From assembly GCA_964429935.1 (NCBI GenBank), contig CAYSED010000005.1, positions 1 to 57,572 of the forward strand: DNA of 57,572 bases, in the 5' to 3' direction. The stretch's first letter is position 1. Each line of letters starts with the position of its first letter. This document shows positions 1 through 9,228 of the stretch, one piece after another. The DNA is from an uncultured Hyphomonadaceae bacterium. GTDB lineage: Bacteria; Pseudomonadota; Alphaproteobacteria; Caulobacterales; Hyphomonadaceae. The notes beneath the pieces were generated by a model. It had not been told where the DNA came from and did no database searches. It worked only from the letters and a program-made list of their open reading frames with translations. A program made the translations under genes and the position numbers.

Positions 1-1291
1 CTGTCGCGGCGGTGAAATCGTTCTGGGCCTGCGTGAGGTTCAGGTTCCAGCGGGCGTTCGACAGGATCGCCGTCTCGAAATTGCCCTCGATGCTGGCCGA
101 CAGGCGCCATGTCTCGGAATCGAACGAGGCCGGGGACACGTTGCCGCCATTGCCGATGGCGCGGCCGAAGAAGACGACGTTCGCGCCGAACGGGTTGTTC
201 GGGTTGAAGGTCGGGACGACGGCATCGCCAAGCTGCAGGAACGGGAAGGTCGGCGAGTTGCCGCGGCTTGCACTGTTGTCGGCATAGCTGAACTCGAGGC
301 GGGCGGTGACATCCGGGCTGAGGTCGAGCTTGGCGGAACTGTAGACGTTGACCCGCTGCTCTTCGGGAACAAGGTTGAAGAAGTCGCCGAAGTCGAAGCC
401 GCAGAAGCCGATGCCAGCCGGCAGGAGCGGTGCGGCCGCCGCGCTCGCCGGGAGCGGGAAGCCGCCCGCCGCCGCGCAGTCCGGGTCGATGGTGGGGGCG
501 CCGGGAGGCGCGCCCGGCACGCCGAAGAACGCGCCCGGATTGCCGAGGGCGGACGTGTCGTCCTGCGGTCGGGACAGTCGGCGCTCGGCGGTCGTCAGTT
601 CGGTCCGGTCAAGATAGCTGACGGCGGCGAGGACCGAGAAATTGTCAAAGGTTTTGCCGATAAGGCCCTGCAGGTTGTACTCTTCATACTCGCCCTGCGA
701 AAGGTGGTTGGAGTATTCCCCGGACAGGAGCGCCCCGTCAAAATCCTCGCGCGTGATGAAGTTGGCGACGCCCGCAACGGCGTCCGACCCGTAGAGGGAC
801 GATGCGCCGTCCTTCAGGATCTCGACGCGCTGGATGGCGATCAGCGGCACGAGCGAGCTCGTATCGACAAAGTTGATGCCGTCATTTGTCGGCGCGGCGG
901 AGAGGGTCTGGCGTCGGCCGTTCAGGAGCACGAGCGTCGAGGCGACGCCAAGGCCGCGCAGGTTGATGTTCGAGGTGCCGGTCGTGCCGCCTTGCGTGAA
1001 GGCGTCCGGATTGTTCTGTGCGCCGGTATTGATCGTCAGCGTCTGGATAAGGTCGCCGATGTTCTGTGCGCCGATGTTCTGGAGGTCGACATCGCTGACG
1101 GATTCGAGCGGCGAGGCGAGATCGGCCTGCGACTGGCGGCGGATGAACGAGCCGGTCACGACGACCTGGTTCAGCGTGCGCGCGTCCTCTTCGGCAGCGG
1201 CCGGGACGGTCTCCTGCGCGAGGGCGGGCGCGGAAACGGCGAGCGTCGCCAGGGCAAAGGCCGAAACGCTGGTCGTGAAATTGATCTTCAT
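1..1291 (-). CDS. TonB-dependent outer-membrane receptor, N-terminal ~430 aa (C-terminus lies beyond the window start)
   Basis: Absent from the ORF track because it runs off the window. My minus-strand translation from ATG (1291..1289) gives MKINFTTSVSAFALATLAVSAPALAQE (signal peptide). Plug-domain motifs follow: NQVVVTGSF, NINLRGLG, RVEILKDGASSLYGSDAVAGVANFIT. The frame stays open to position 2. Confidence 0.85.
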   Translation of the reverse strand, partial: MKINFTTSVSAFALATLAVSAPALAQETVPAAAEEDARTLNQVVVTGSFIRRQSQADLASPLESVSDVDLQNIGAQNIGDLIQTLTINTGAQNNPDAFTQGGTTGTSNINLRGLGVASTLVLLNGRRQTLSAAPTNDGINFVDTSSLVPLIAIQRVEILKDGASSLYGSDAVAGVANFITREDFDGALLSGEYSNHLSQGEYEEYNLQGLIGKTFDNFSVLAAVSYLDRTELTTAERRLSRPQDDTSALGNPGAFFGVPGAPPGAPTIDPDCAAAGGFPLPASAAAAPLLPAGIGFCGFDFGDFFNLVPEEQRVNVYSSAKLDLSPDVTARLEFSYADNSASRGNSPTFPFLQLGDAVVPTFNPNNPFGANVVFFGRAIGNGGNVSPASFDSETWRLSASIEGNFETAILSNARWNLNLTQAQNDFTAAT

Positions 1292-1595
1292 TCTGTGGGG
1301 TTCCTCACTGTAAAAAATGACGGTGCGCTGCTTTCCTGCCGGGCACCCGGCAAGGCCAACGTCACTCAGCTATGATCTTGTTTTCCTCCCCGGAAGCTTT
1401 GAAGCTTTCAGGTATTTTTTGTCAATTATGTCTGCCTGACGCAGCGGCACGCCGCAATGGGTCAATGACCCTGTTTCCGCATTCGGACGAAAGGTGTTGC
1501 CCGTTTGCCATAGGCTTAAGGAAGTGTAAATCGCCGGGCTGGCAAGCTCCTTGCGTGGCCTGCCGGATGCCAATCAACCCTGACGGATCGCCGAC

Positions 1596-2711
1596 ATGAC
1601 GCTGCCGCATTTCGACGTGGATTGCCTTGTGGCCGGGGCAGGGGTCGTCGGCCTTGCCGTGGCGCGCGAACTTGCGCTGGCCGGACGCGAGGTGATGATC
1701 GTCGAGCGCGAGCGGGCGATCGGCCAGGTCACGAGCGCGCGCAATTCCGAAGTGATCCATGCCGGGATCTACTATCCGCAAGGCTCGCTGAAGGCCCGCG
1801 CCTGCGTGGCCGGCAAGCACGCACTCTACGCCTATCTCGATGCGCGCGGCCTCGCCTACCGGCGCTGCGGCAAGCTGATCGTCGCGGCAAGCCCGGACGA
1901 GGTCGGCGAGCTTGAGGCGATCCGGGCGAAAGCCGCCGCGAACGGCGTCGATGATCTTGTGCTCCTGGACGGCCGTACCGCCCGCGCTGCAGAGCCCGCA
2001 CTCGCCGCCGAGGCCGCGCTGCACTCGCCCTCGACCGGCATCATGGACAGCCATGCCTTCATGGTCTCGCTGCTAGGCGAGGCGGAGGATCATGGCGCGA
2101 CCCTTGCGCTCGAGACCGAGATTTCAGCCGGCGAGCTGCTCGCCGACGGCCGCACCAGGCTCACTTGCGAAGGCCGCGACCCGTGCACCGTGACGGCGCG
2201 AACCTTCATCAATGCCGCAGGCCTTCGCGCGCCCGCGCTCGCTTCCCGGATCGATGGTTTCCCGGCGGCGCATGTTCCGAAAGCTTTCCTCGCCAAAGGC
2301 AGCTATTTCACGCTGCCTGGCCGCGCGCCGTTCTCGCGGCTCGTCTATCCGGTCCCGGTCCCCGGCGGGCTCGGCGTGCACTTGACGCTCGACCTTGGCG
2401 GGCAGGCCCGCTTCGGGCCGGATGTCGAATGGGTCGAGACCGAAGACTATGCCGTCGAGATCAGCCGGGCCGAGGGTTTCTATGAGGCGATCCGGCGCTA
2501 CTGGCCGGGCCTGAAGGACGGCGCGCTCCAGCCCGGCTATTCCGGCATCCGCCCGAAGATTTCCGGCCCCGGCGAGCCGAATGCCGACTTCGTCCTTTCG
2601 GGTCCGCAGGCCCATGGGCTTGAAGGCCAGGTCCACCTCTTCGGCATCGAAAGCCCGGGCCTGACAAGCTCGCTGGAACTGGCGCGGATGGTGAAGGAGG
2701 CAGCGGGGTAG
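1596..2711 (+). CDS. FAD-dependent oxidoreductase (L-2-hydroxyglutarate oxidase/COG0579-like)
   Basis: 371-aa ORF with an N-terminal dinucleotide fold [30 protein letters not shown] and the C-terminal [11 protein letters not shown] are typical of this family. Confidence 0.8.
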   Translation: MTLPHFDVDCLVAGAGVVGLAVARELALAGREVMIVERERAIGQVTSARNSEVIHAGIYYPQGSLKARACVAGKHALYAYLDARGLAYRRCGKLIVAASPDEVGELEAIRAKAAANGVDDLVLLDGRTARAAEPALAAEAALHSPSTGIMDSHAFMVSLLGEAEDHGATLALETEISAGELLADGRTRLTCEGRDPCTVTARTFINAAGLRAPALASRIDGFPAAHVPKAFLAKGSYFTLPGRAPFSRLVYPVPVPGGLGVHLTLDLGGQARFGPDVEWVETEDYAVEISRAEGFYEAIRRYWPGLKDGALQPGYSGIRPKISGPGEPNADFVLSGPQAHGLEGQVHLFGIESPGLTSSLELARMVKEAAG

Positions 2712-2760
2712 GGGTCCCCTCACTGGCCACTGCGCTCTTGTGTCACCCCTCCACCGCGGC

Positions 2761-3093
2761 TCACGCCTTTTGCGGTTCGTCCGTGACACCAAGTCCGTCA
2801 AGCGCGACGGGAGGCTTGCCCGGAAACTCGACGATGAGCTTCAGTTTGCCGCCCATCGCCTCGACATAGCGCGAAAGCGTTGAAAGCAGCAGGTCGCTCT
2901 GCCGTTCGTATTTGGCCACGGTCGCCTGCTGGACGCCGAGCGTTTGGGCGAGCTGGACTTGCGTCATCGCCTTGGCTTTGCGCAGTTCCTGCAGCGTCAG
3001 GTATTCGGCGTGCAACCGGGCCGCTTCGGCCTCGATGTTCGCGCGCCGGGCGGGATCAAGCCTTGCCAGCTTGTCCTGAAGGGTCCGTGCCAT
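2761..3093 (-). CDS. XRE-family helix-turn-helix antitoxin (HigA-like)
   Basis: 110 aa with an HTH segment MTQVQLAQTLGVQQATVAKYER. It lies 5 nt downstream of a RelE/HigB-like toxin ORF. Confidence 0.8.
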   Translation of the reverse strand: MARTLQDKLARLDPARRANIEAEAARLHAEYLTLQELRKAKAMTQVQLAQTLGVQQATVAKYERQSDLLLSTLSRYVEAMGGKLKLIVEFPGKPPVALDGLGVTDEPQKA

Positions 3094-3098
3094 TTGTC

Positions 3099-3452
3099 TT
3101 ATCCTTTCCGTCTTGCCAGATGCCGGTCGAACCGTTCGTCGGCCCGGGCGATCAGTTGCTTGTAGAAGCGCTTCTCGCTGCCACCTGACTTGTCCCCGCC
3201 GACGAGCAGGATCGCCTGCCGGTCAGGATCGAATGCGAAAGCGACGCGCCAGACCCCGCCCGCGGCATTGCAGCGCAATTCCTTCATGTTTGCATGCTTC
3301 GACCCGGTCAGGGTGTCGGCATGCGGTCGGCCGAGCAACGGGCCTTCGCGTTCCAGCAGAAGCGCGCGGGCGAGGATTGCGTCCTGTGCCTCTGGCGGAA
3401 AGCCATCGAACTCCGGCTCGAATGCCTCTGCAAACATGACAGTCCAGGGCAT
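3099..3452 (-). CDS. RelE/ParE-superfamily toxin (HigB/Gp49-like), toxin-first arrangement
   Basis: 117 aa. The segment WRVAFAFDPDRQAILLVGGDKSG...KRFYKQLIARADERF resembles addiction-module killer proteins. It sits upstream of the HTH gene as in higBA. Confidence 0.72.
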   Translation of the reverse strand: MPWTVMFAEAFEPEFDGFPPEAQDAILARALLLEREGPLLGRPHADTLTGSKHANMKELRCNAAGGVWRVAFAFDPDRQAILLVGGDKSGGSEKRFYKQLIARADERFDRHLARRKG

Positions 3453-3685
3453 TTGGCTCTCATGTCCTTAAGGCTATATAGCTTTGAAGCACTATTTTTG
3501 CAAGAACAATCCACATGCCGGGCACAAGTGCTTGTCCCGTTCTGGCGGTAACCGACCATGAACAGACAAGGTACTGGCGTCAACGCGGCGCTCGGCTGAA
3601 CCACCACACCCAAATCCCGCTGGACAATCCCGCGCCGTTGCGCCACGCCCGGCGCTGACCCGCAAACCTCGCGCACAGGTGCCTC

Positions 3686-5101
3686 ATGAACACGCCTTTC
3701 AGGCTTGGCTGGGAAGAGTGGCTGGCCCTGCCGGCGCTCGGGCTTCCGGCGATCCGCGCCAAGGTCGATACCGGCGCGCGCACGTCCGCGCTGCACACGG
3801 CCCTGATCGAGCCGTTCGGCCACGCCTCGAAGCCGCAGGTCCGTTTCCTCGTGCATCCCGACCCGGCCGATCCCGGCCTCGAGATGACCTGTTCGGCCCC
3901 GATCATCGACCGCCGCAGCGTGACGAGTTCCAATGGCGAGAGCGAGATGCGCTATGTCATCCGGACCGACATCGCGATGGGCGGGCGGACCTGGCCCATC
4001 GAGATGACGCTGACCAACCGCGAGACCATGTCCTATCGCATGCTGCTCGGCCGCAGCGCTATTGCCGACGACATGGTCGTCGACCCCAACCAGTCCTGCC
4101 TCCAGCCGCCCCTTGATTATGCCGCCTATGCGAGCATTCCGCGCCGTCGCCCGGTCAGGCGTCCCTTGCGCATCGCGCTCCTGACGCAGGAGAAGTTCAA
4201 TTATTCGAGCCAGCGCATCGTCGCCGCCGCCGAGGCGCGCGGACATGTCGTGGAAGCCATCAATACGACCCGCTGCTACATGCAGATCGGCGGCACGCGC
4301 GCCGAGGTGCACTATGACGGCCGGGCGCTGCCCCATTATGACGCGGTGATCCCCCGCATCGGCGCCTCGATCACGGCCTATGGCGCCGCGGTCCTGCGCC
4401 AGTACGCGAGCACAGGCGCCTACAGCCTGAACCCGGCCGACGCCATCGTCGCGGCGCGCGACAAGCTGCTCGCCCACCAGATTCTCGCCCGCGCCAAGAT
4501 CGCCATGCCGCTCACCGCCTTTGCCAACTCGCCGAAGGATACCCGCGACCTTCTCGACCTTGCCGGCGGCGCGCCGGTCGTCGTCAAGCTGCTGGAAAGC
4601 TCGCAGGGGCGCGGCGTCGTCCTCGCCGAGACCCGCAAGGCGGCCGAAAGCCTCGTCGATGCGTTCCGGGGCCTCAGGGCGAACTTTCTCGTGCAGGATT
4701 TCGTGTCCGAGGCGGCGGGGGCCGACACGCGCTGCTTCGTCATCGGCAACAAGGTCGTCGGCGCGATGCAGCGCACCGCCGCCGAGGGCGACTTCCGCTC
4801 GAACCTGCATCGCGGCGGCTCGGCAAAAAGCGTCCGCCTTGGCCGCGAGGAGAAGGATATTGCGCGCCGCGCGGCGCGCGAGCTCGGCCTCGTCGTCGCC
4901 GGGGTCGATCTTCTCTCCTCGAAGGCGGGTCCGGTCGTGCTCGAGGTCAATTCCTCGCCCGGCCTCGAAGGCATCGAGAAGGCGACGAAGAAGGACATTG
5001 CCGGCATGATGATCGAGTATCTCGAGGCCCGCGTGCAGCCGCTCGTGCGCCTGCCGCCCGCCGGGAAGTTGCCCCGGCAGCGCAGCCGGAGCGAAGCCTG
5101 A
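3686..5101 (+). CDS. rimK: Fusion of a DUF785/RimB-like protease domain with RimK-family alpha-L-glutamate ligase (ATP-grasp)
   Basis: N-terminal motif is GWEEWLALPALGLPAIRAKVDTGARTSALH. C-terminal ATP-grasp motifs are VVVKLLESSQGRGVVL, FLVQDFV, DTRCFVIGNKVVGAM and GVDLLSSKAGPVVLEVNSSPGLEGIE. Confidence 0.85.
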   Translation: MNTPFRLGWEEWLALPALGLPAIRAKVDTGARTSALHTALIEPFGHASKPQVRFLVHPDPADPGLEMTCSAPIIDRRSVTSSNGESEMRYVIRTDIAMGGRTWPIEMTLTNRETMSYRMLLGRSAIADDMVVDPNQSCLQPPLDYAAYASIPRRRPVRRPLRIALLTQEKFNYSSQRIVAAAEARGHVVEAINTTRCYMQIGGTRAEVHYDGRALPHYDAVIPRIGASITAYGAAVLRQYASTGAYSLNPADAIVAARDKLLAHQILARAKIAMPLTAFANSPKDTRDLLDLAGGAPVVVKLLESSQGRGVVLAETRKAAESLVDAFRGLRANFLVQDFVSEAAGADTRCFVIGNKVVGAMQRTAAEGDFRSNLHRGGSAKSVRLGREEKDIARRAARELGLVVAGVDLLSSKAGPVVLEVNSSPGLEGIEKATKKDIAGMMIEYLEARVQPLVRLPPAGKLPRQRSRSEA

Positions 5102-5108
5102 GAACGCC

Positions 5109-5537
5109 TCAGGCGGGCCGGCCGAGAAGCCTGTAGGTGCCCGTCGCCCGCGCGCAGGCGAGCGTGCGGCTGTAGAGCGTCGCGGCGAGCCGGACCTCGC
5201 CTTCCGCCTCTGCGGCGTCCGCCGTCTCTAGCGTGATCCATCGCCCCTTCGGCACCGGCCGCTCGAAGGCAATGTTGAGCGAAAGCGTCACGAGCCGGCC
5301 GCCATGGCGCTCGAACAGGCATTGCGCCATGGCATGGTCGAGCGCCGTCGCGATCATGCCGCCATGGACGAAGCCGAGCCCGTTGCAGTGGCGTTCCTCG
5401 GGCATGAACCCGAAGCGGGGGTGCGTGCCCCTTTCGCCCTCCTGGCGCCAGAAGGGCCCGTTGGCGCCTGAAAAGGGTCCGCGCGCCGGGGCCGGTACGA
5501 AGCCGTCCGGGATGTGCTGCCGCGACACGGGCGTCAC
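5109..5537 (-). CDS. PaaI-family hotdog-fold thioesterase
   Basis: 142 aa with GFVHGGMIATALDHAMA. Its start overlaps the stop of the upstream acyl ligase by 4 nt (5534-5537). Confidence 0.78.
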   Translation of the reverse strand: MTPVSRQHIPDGFVPAPARGPFSGANGPFWRQEGERGTHPRFGFMPEERHCNGLGFVHGGMIATALDHAMAQCLFERHGGRLVTLSLNIAFERPVPKGRWITLETADAAEAEGEVRLAATLYSRTLACARATGTYRLLGRPA

Positions 5538-6874
5538 GCGCCCGCCCGCCGACGCGTCTTGAACCGGTCGGTTGTCAGCGGTTCGTGCACGATCTCGTAC
5601 TTCTGCGGGATCTTGTAGGTCTCCAGCCTGCCGGCGAGGTGCTGGCGCACCGCGCTGCGCAGGACCGGCGGGCTGGCCTCCGGGTCGCGCGGCCGGATGC
5701 GGGCGACGACGGCCTGGCCGAGGATCGCGTGCGGCACTCCGTACACGGCCACTTCGGCAATTTCCGCCATGTCCTTGATCGCGTTCTCGACCTCGGCCGG
5801 GAAGACCTTCTGTCCGCCGACATTGATGATGTCGCTGTCGCGCCCGAGAAAGCGGACGTGCTCGCCATCGGCCTCGACCCGGTCGCCGGTCATGAAATAG
5901 CCGTCCTGCGTGAACGGAGACGGCGCGTTCAGATAGCCGACCATGGCGGTGGCCGCCCTGATCTCGAACAGGCCGTCGCGCACCCGCCAGTCATAGCCCG
6001 CCCCGCCGAGCTTCACCCAGGTCGAGGCATTGTCCTTCGACTGCGTCGGCAGCGCGCCGGTCTCGGATGTGCCATACTTCTGGATCAGCCGGACATGCGG
6101 AAAGAGCGCGGCGCATGTCTCGAGCGTCGCGCGCGGCATCATTTCCGAGCCATAGGTGATGATCTTCAGGGAGGAGAGGTCATGCGCCTCATGCGCCCCG
6201 GAGAGGATCAGGAGGTTGAGAAAGCTGGGCGCGGTGGGGAGGACCTCGATGCCATGTTCGGCGATGAGGCGGCAGACCTCGCCGGGAGACCGGCTTGACG
6301 GCAGCACCAGCGTGCTCGTGCCCGCAAGGCTGTAGAACAGCGTGTCGAGCCCGGCGATATGGTCGAACAGGAGGAAAGCGAGCGTGCGCAGGTCCTTGCC
6401 GGGCTTGCGGAATTTTTCAAGCAGCCGCGAGGCGTCGTGGACGACGCCTTTCGATACGCCCGTCGAGCCGGACGAGAACAGGATGATGCCGGCCGATGCG
6501 GACTGCCGCAGCGCGTCATAATGGGCATGCGCGCCGTCATGCGGCAGGCGGTCGACGGTCCCGCCGTCTGCTTCGACGATCCATTGCGCCCGGCCTTCGC
6601 TGGCAAACTCGGCTTGCTTTTCGTAGCTTGTCGGCGCGAGCGGTATCGTCAGCATGCGGCATTTCAGGAGTGCCAGAAGCGCGGCAATGCCCGCAAGCGA
6701 GAAGTCGCCCTTGAGAAGGACGACGGCCCCCGGCGCGATGCCCGCCTGCCTTAGCCTGCCCTCCCACGCGGCGATCGCCCGCATCAGGTCCGCATAGGTG
6801 AACGCCCCGGCGGCACTGACAAGCGCGGTTTTCTCGCCGGCCCCGGCAAAGCGCTGCAGCAGGACATCGATCAT
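5534..6874 (-). CDS. AMP-dependent acyl-CoA/acyl-ACP ligase (ANL superfamily)
   Basis: 446 aa with the AMP-binding motif ILFSSGSTGVSKGVVH, plus GYFMTGDRV and INVGGQKVFPAEVE. Confidence 0.85.
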   Translation of the reverse strand: MIDVLLQRFAGAGEKTALVSAAGAFTYADLMRAIAAWEGRLRQAGIAPGAVVLLKGDFSLAGIAALLALLKCRMLTIPLAPTSYEKQAEFASEGRAQWIVEADGGTVDRLPHDGAHAHYDALRQSASAGIILFSSGSTGVSKGVVHDASRLLEKFRKPGKDLRTLAFLLFDHIAGLDTLFYSLAGTSTLVLPSSRSPGEVCRLIAEHGIEVLPTAPSFLNLLILSGAHEAHDLSSLKIITYGSEMMPRATLETCAALFPHVRLIQKYGTSETGALPTQSKDNASTWVKLGGAGYDWRVRDGLFEIRAATAMVGYLNAPSPFTQDGYFMTGDRVEADGEHVRFLGRDSDIINVGGQKVFPAEVENAIKDMAEIAEVAVYGVPHAILGQAVVARIRPRDPEASPPVLRSAVRQHLAGRLETYKIPQKYEIVHEPLTTDRFKTRRRAGA

Positions 6875-6883
6875 CGCCCGGCC

Positions 6884-7591
6884 TCACACCCCGCCGAGAT
6901 AGAGCGTCTGGCCGGTGACAAAGTCCGATTCCGGACGGATGAAGAAATCGACCGCGTTCAGGACGTCGCGCATCTCGCCATAGCGGGGGATCGCCTGCCG
7001 CGCGATGAGAGCGGTCATCTTGGCTTCCGGGACAGAGCCGACAAGGTCTGTCGGCACCGGCGTCGGTCCGACCGCATTGACCGTGACGCCAAGCCCGGCG
7101 ACCTCGCGCGCCAGCACTTCGGTGAGCGAGACTACGGCGGCTTTCGAGGCGGCATAGGCCGCTTCGCCCTCAAGTTTCAGCGGCGTCGCGACGGTCGCGA
7201 AATTGACGATGCGGCCGTATTTGCGGCGGCCCATCAGCTTCGCCGCCTCGCGGCAGAACAGGAAGGTGCCGAACACATTGGTCTGGAAGATGCGCTCGAC
7301 CGTCTTCAGTGGGGTGAGCAGGGCATGGTTCATGCTGGCAATGCCGGCATTGTTGAGGAGCACGTCGAGCCGCCCGAATTCCCGGCCGACCGCCCGCAGC
7401 ATGGCGACCACCGCCCGCTCGTCGGCGACATCGAGCTGGAAATGGCGATAGTCCGGATGGACGAGGTCGCTTGCGTCCCGGCTGCAGCCGGCGACCGTCC
7501 AGCCCTCGGCCAGATAGTGTTCGGCGAGGAACCGCCCGATGCCCTTGCGGGCCCCGGTGACGATCATGACCTCCCTGCGCCGGGGCATCAC
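6884..7591 (-). CDS. Short-chain dehydrogenase/reductase (FabG-like 3-oxoacyl reductase)
   Basis: 235 aa with VTGARKGIGRF (TGxxxGxG), NNAG and YAASKAAV (YxxxK). Confidence 0.85.
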   Translation of the reverse strand: MMPRRREVMIVTGARKGIGRFLAEHYLAEGWTVAGCSRDASDLVHPDYRHFQLDVADERAVVAMLRAVGREFGRLDVLLNNAGIASMNHALLTPLKTVERIFQTNVFGTFLFCREAAKLMGRRKYGRIVNFATVATPLKLEGEAAYAASKAAVVSLTEVLAREVAGLGVTVNAVGPTPVPTDLVGSVPEAKMTALIARQAIPRYGEMRDVLNAVDFFIRPESDFVTGQTLYLGGV

Positions 7592-7902
7592 GCCGCCTCG
7601 CTCGCTGCCACTTCGACGGCATAGTCGGCAAGCGCGCCGACCGACCGGTAGGGCGAGCGCTTGCGCGACATGGCCGCCTCGCTCGCGAGCACGATGTCGC
7701 GCCCGGTCGCATCGGCAATGTTCTGCTCGACGATCATGACGAAATTGACGAGGTCGAGACTGTCGAAGGGGGCGCCCTCGCCGAACACGAGCGCGTCTTC
7801 GGACCCGGCAAGCCGCCGCTCCGGGGCAAGCTGCGGGTTCAGTTCTTCTATGGCGGCAAAGATCGCTTCGAGTACGGTGTTGCGGTCGAGGGTCTGGCTC
7901 AT
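7588..7902 (-). CDS. Acyl carrier protein-like
   Basis: 104 aa with a phosphopantetheine-site-like FDSLDLVNFVMIVEQ. It has 4-nt overlaps with both neighbours. Confidence 0.7.
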   Translation of the reverse strand: MSQTLDRNTVLEAIFAAIEELNPQLAPERRLAGSEDALVFGEGAPFDSLDLVNFVMIVEQNIADATGRDIVLASEAAMSRKRSPYRSVGALADYAVEVAASEAA

Positions 7903-8594
7903 GTCTCTGGTTCTCCGGCAGGCTGGTTGGGGGTGTCCCCCGTTTTCTTCGGCAGTGAGCGCGGCGGCGGCATGAACAGGGTCCGCCCGGCCGGCACGTC
8001 GGTCGTCACGGTGCAGTTCGGGCCGACGGAGACATCATCCCCGATCGTCACGTCGCCCATCACGACGACGCCGGGGCTGAACGAGACCCGGTTGCCGATC
8101 CTTGGCCCTTTCCCGGTCCATTCCGAACCGATACCGAAGGTCACATTATGCCGGATGACGACATCGTCGCCAATGTCTGCCAGATGATGGATGACGATGC
8201 CATGCTGGTGGGCGAGTTCGACGCGCCGTCCGAGCTGCGAGGTGCGCCGCAGTTCGATGCCGTAGACATTCTGGACGAAGCGCTGGCAGATAACGTAGGC
8301 CAGCATGAGCGGCCAGCGGACCGGCTTGAAGGTGAACAGGTCGGCCCATGTGCCAAACCGGTACCAGAACATGGCCTGGAAGCCCGCCGAAAAAGGGTCG
8401 TTGTGTTGCGTGCGCAGGTCCTCGGCAACGATCTTCCAGAAGCCTGCCGCGCGGATCAGCGCCGCGCCCCGCAGGGAAGGGGTGGCCGGGGTGGGCTTGC
8501 TCTCGTCCGTGTCGTTCACTCGGCTTGCCTGTTCCGCTCCGGTCGGGGCCGCCGCGTTGCCCCGGCCCGCCTGTTCGGTGTGAAAGGGTGACAT
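7899..8594 (-). CDS. Hexapeptide-repeat O-acetyltransferase (serine acetyltransferase/WcaB-like)
   Basis: LbH repeats IGDDVVIRHNVTFGIG and IGNRVSFSPGVVVMGDVTIGDDVSVGPNCTV. I start it at the internal ATG 8594 (MSPFHTEQ) because the track ORF to 8816 would overlap rfbC. Confidence 0.75.
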   Translation of the reverse strand: MSPFHTEQAGRGNAAAPTGAEQASRVNDTDESKPTPATPSLRGAALIRAAGFWKIVAEDLRTQHNDPFSAGFQAMFWYRFGTWADLFTFKPVRWPLMLAYVICQRFVQNVYGIELRRTSQLGRRVELAHQHGIVIHHLADIGDDVVIRHNVTFGIGSEWTGKGPRIGNRVSFSPGVVVMGDVTIGDDVSVGPNCTVTTDVPAGRTLFMPPPRSLPKKTGDTPNQPAGEPET

Positions 8595-8700
8595 GGCGGG
8601 GCGTCCCTGCAAGCGTCCGGAGAATGCGACTGTTTGCGCCCTGCCTGCAAGCTCCCTGCCATTTCCGGGGGCCGTGAGGCAAGCGGCGCTTTTGTCAAGG

Positions 8701-9228
8701 TTACGCAAAATCCGGCCAGGCCCGGTCCTTGTCCGATAAGACGGCAGGCTCGAGCGGCCAGTCGATGCCGAAGGCAGGGTCGTCGTGGCGGATGCCGGCC
8801 TCGGCCTCAGGGGCATAATGGGCCGACACGAGATAGCTCACCTCGACATCGTCGGTCAGCGTGATGAAGCCGTGGGCAAAGCCGCGCGGCACATAGAGCT
8901 GGTTCATGTTGGCGGCCGACAGCTCGAAGCCCTGCCATTTCCGGAAGGTCGGGCTTTCGGGCCGCACGTCGATGATGACATCGTGGATCGCCCCGCGCAG
9001 GCAGCGGATCAGTTTCACTTCAGCATGTGGCGCGCGCTGCATGTGCATGCCGCGGAGCGTGCCCTTGTGGGCCGATGTCGACATGTTCTGCTGCACGAAG
9101 CGCGTTTCGAGGCCTGCAGCGGCAAATTCGCGCTCGCAGAACGTGCGGGCAAAGAAGCCGCGCTCGTCGCCGCGCCGCTCGAGCTCGATCAGCCGCGCAT
9201 CGGCGAGGCCGGTTTGATGGATCTTCAT
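8701..9228 (-). CDS. rfbC: dTDP-4-dehydrorhamnose 3,5-epimerase family (NDP-sugar 3,5-epimerase)
   Basis: 175 aa with GTLRGMHMQ, KLIRCLRGAIHDVIIDVR and YVPRGFAHGF. Confidence 0.9.
   Translation of the reverse strand: MKIHQTGLADARLIELERRGDERGFFARTFCEREFAAAGLETRFVQQNMSTSAHKGTLRGMHMQRAPHAEVKLIRCLRGAIHDVIIDVRPESPTFRKWQGFELSAANMNQLYVPRGFAHGFITLTDDVEVSYLVSAHYAPEAEAGIRHDDPAFGIDWPLEPAVLSDKDRAWPDFA

Noticed and set aside
1292-1595. Possible riboswitch or iron box in the 300-nt leader of the TonB-dependent receptor
   Set aside because: I looked for B12-box and THI-box-like strings on the minus strand and found none convincing. Only a GC hairpin (CCTTGCCGGG..CCCGGCAGG) is present, and I cannot support a call without a covariance-model search.
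3308-4810. 500-aa minus-strand ORF
   Set aside because: It is antisense to the rimK fusion gene, which has clear ATP-grasp motifs. The product is Arg/Gly/Ala-rich without motifs, so it is a typical high-GC shadow ORF.
7899-8816. Upstream extension of the acetyltransferase ORF (8595-8816), and similar extensions of 15646-17907, 37261-38733, 50891-52519 and 26200-26862
   Set aside because: The extensions overlap neighbouring real genes or low-complexity sequence. Internal starts with SD-like sequences match the family N-termini, so I trimmed them.
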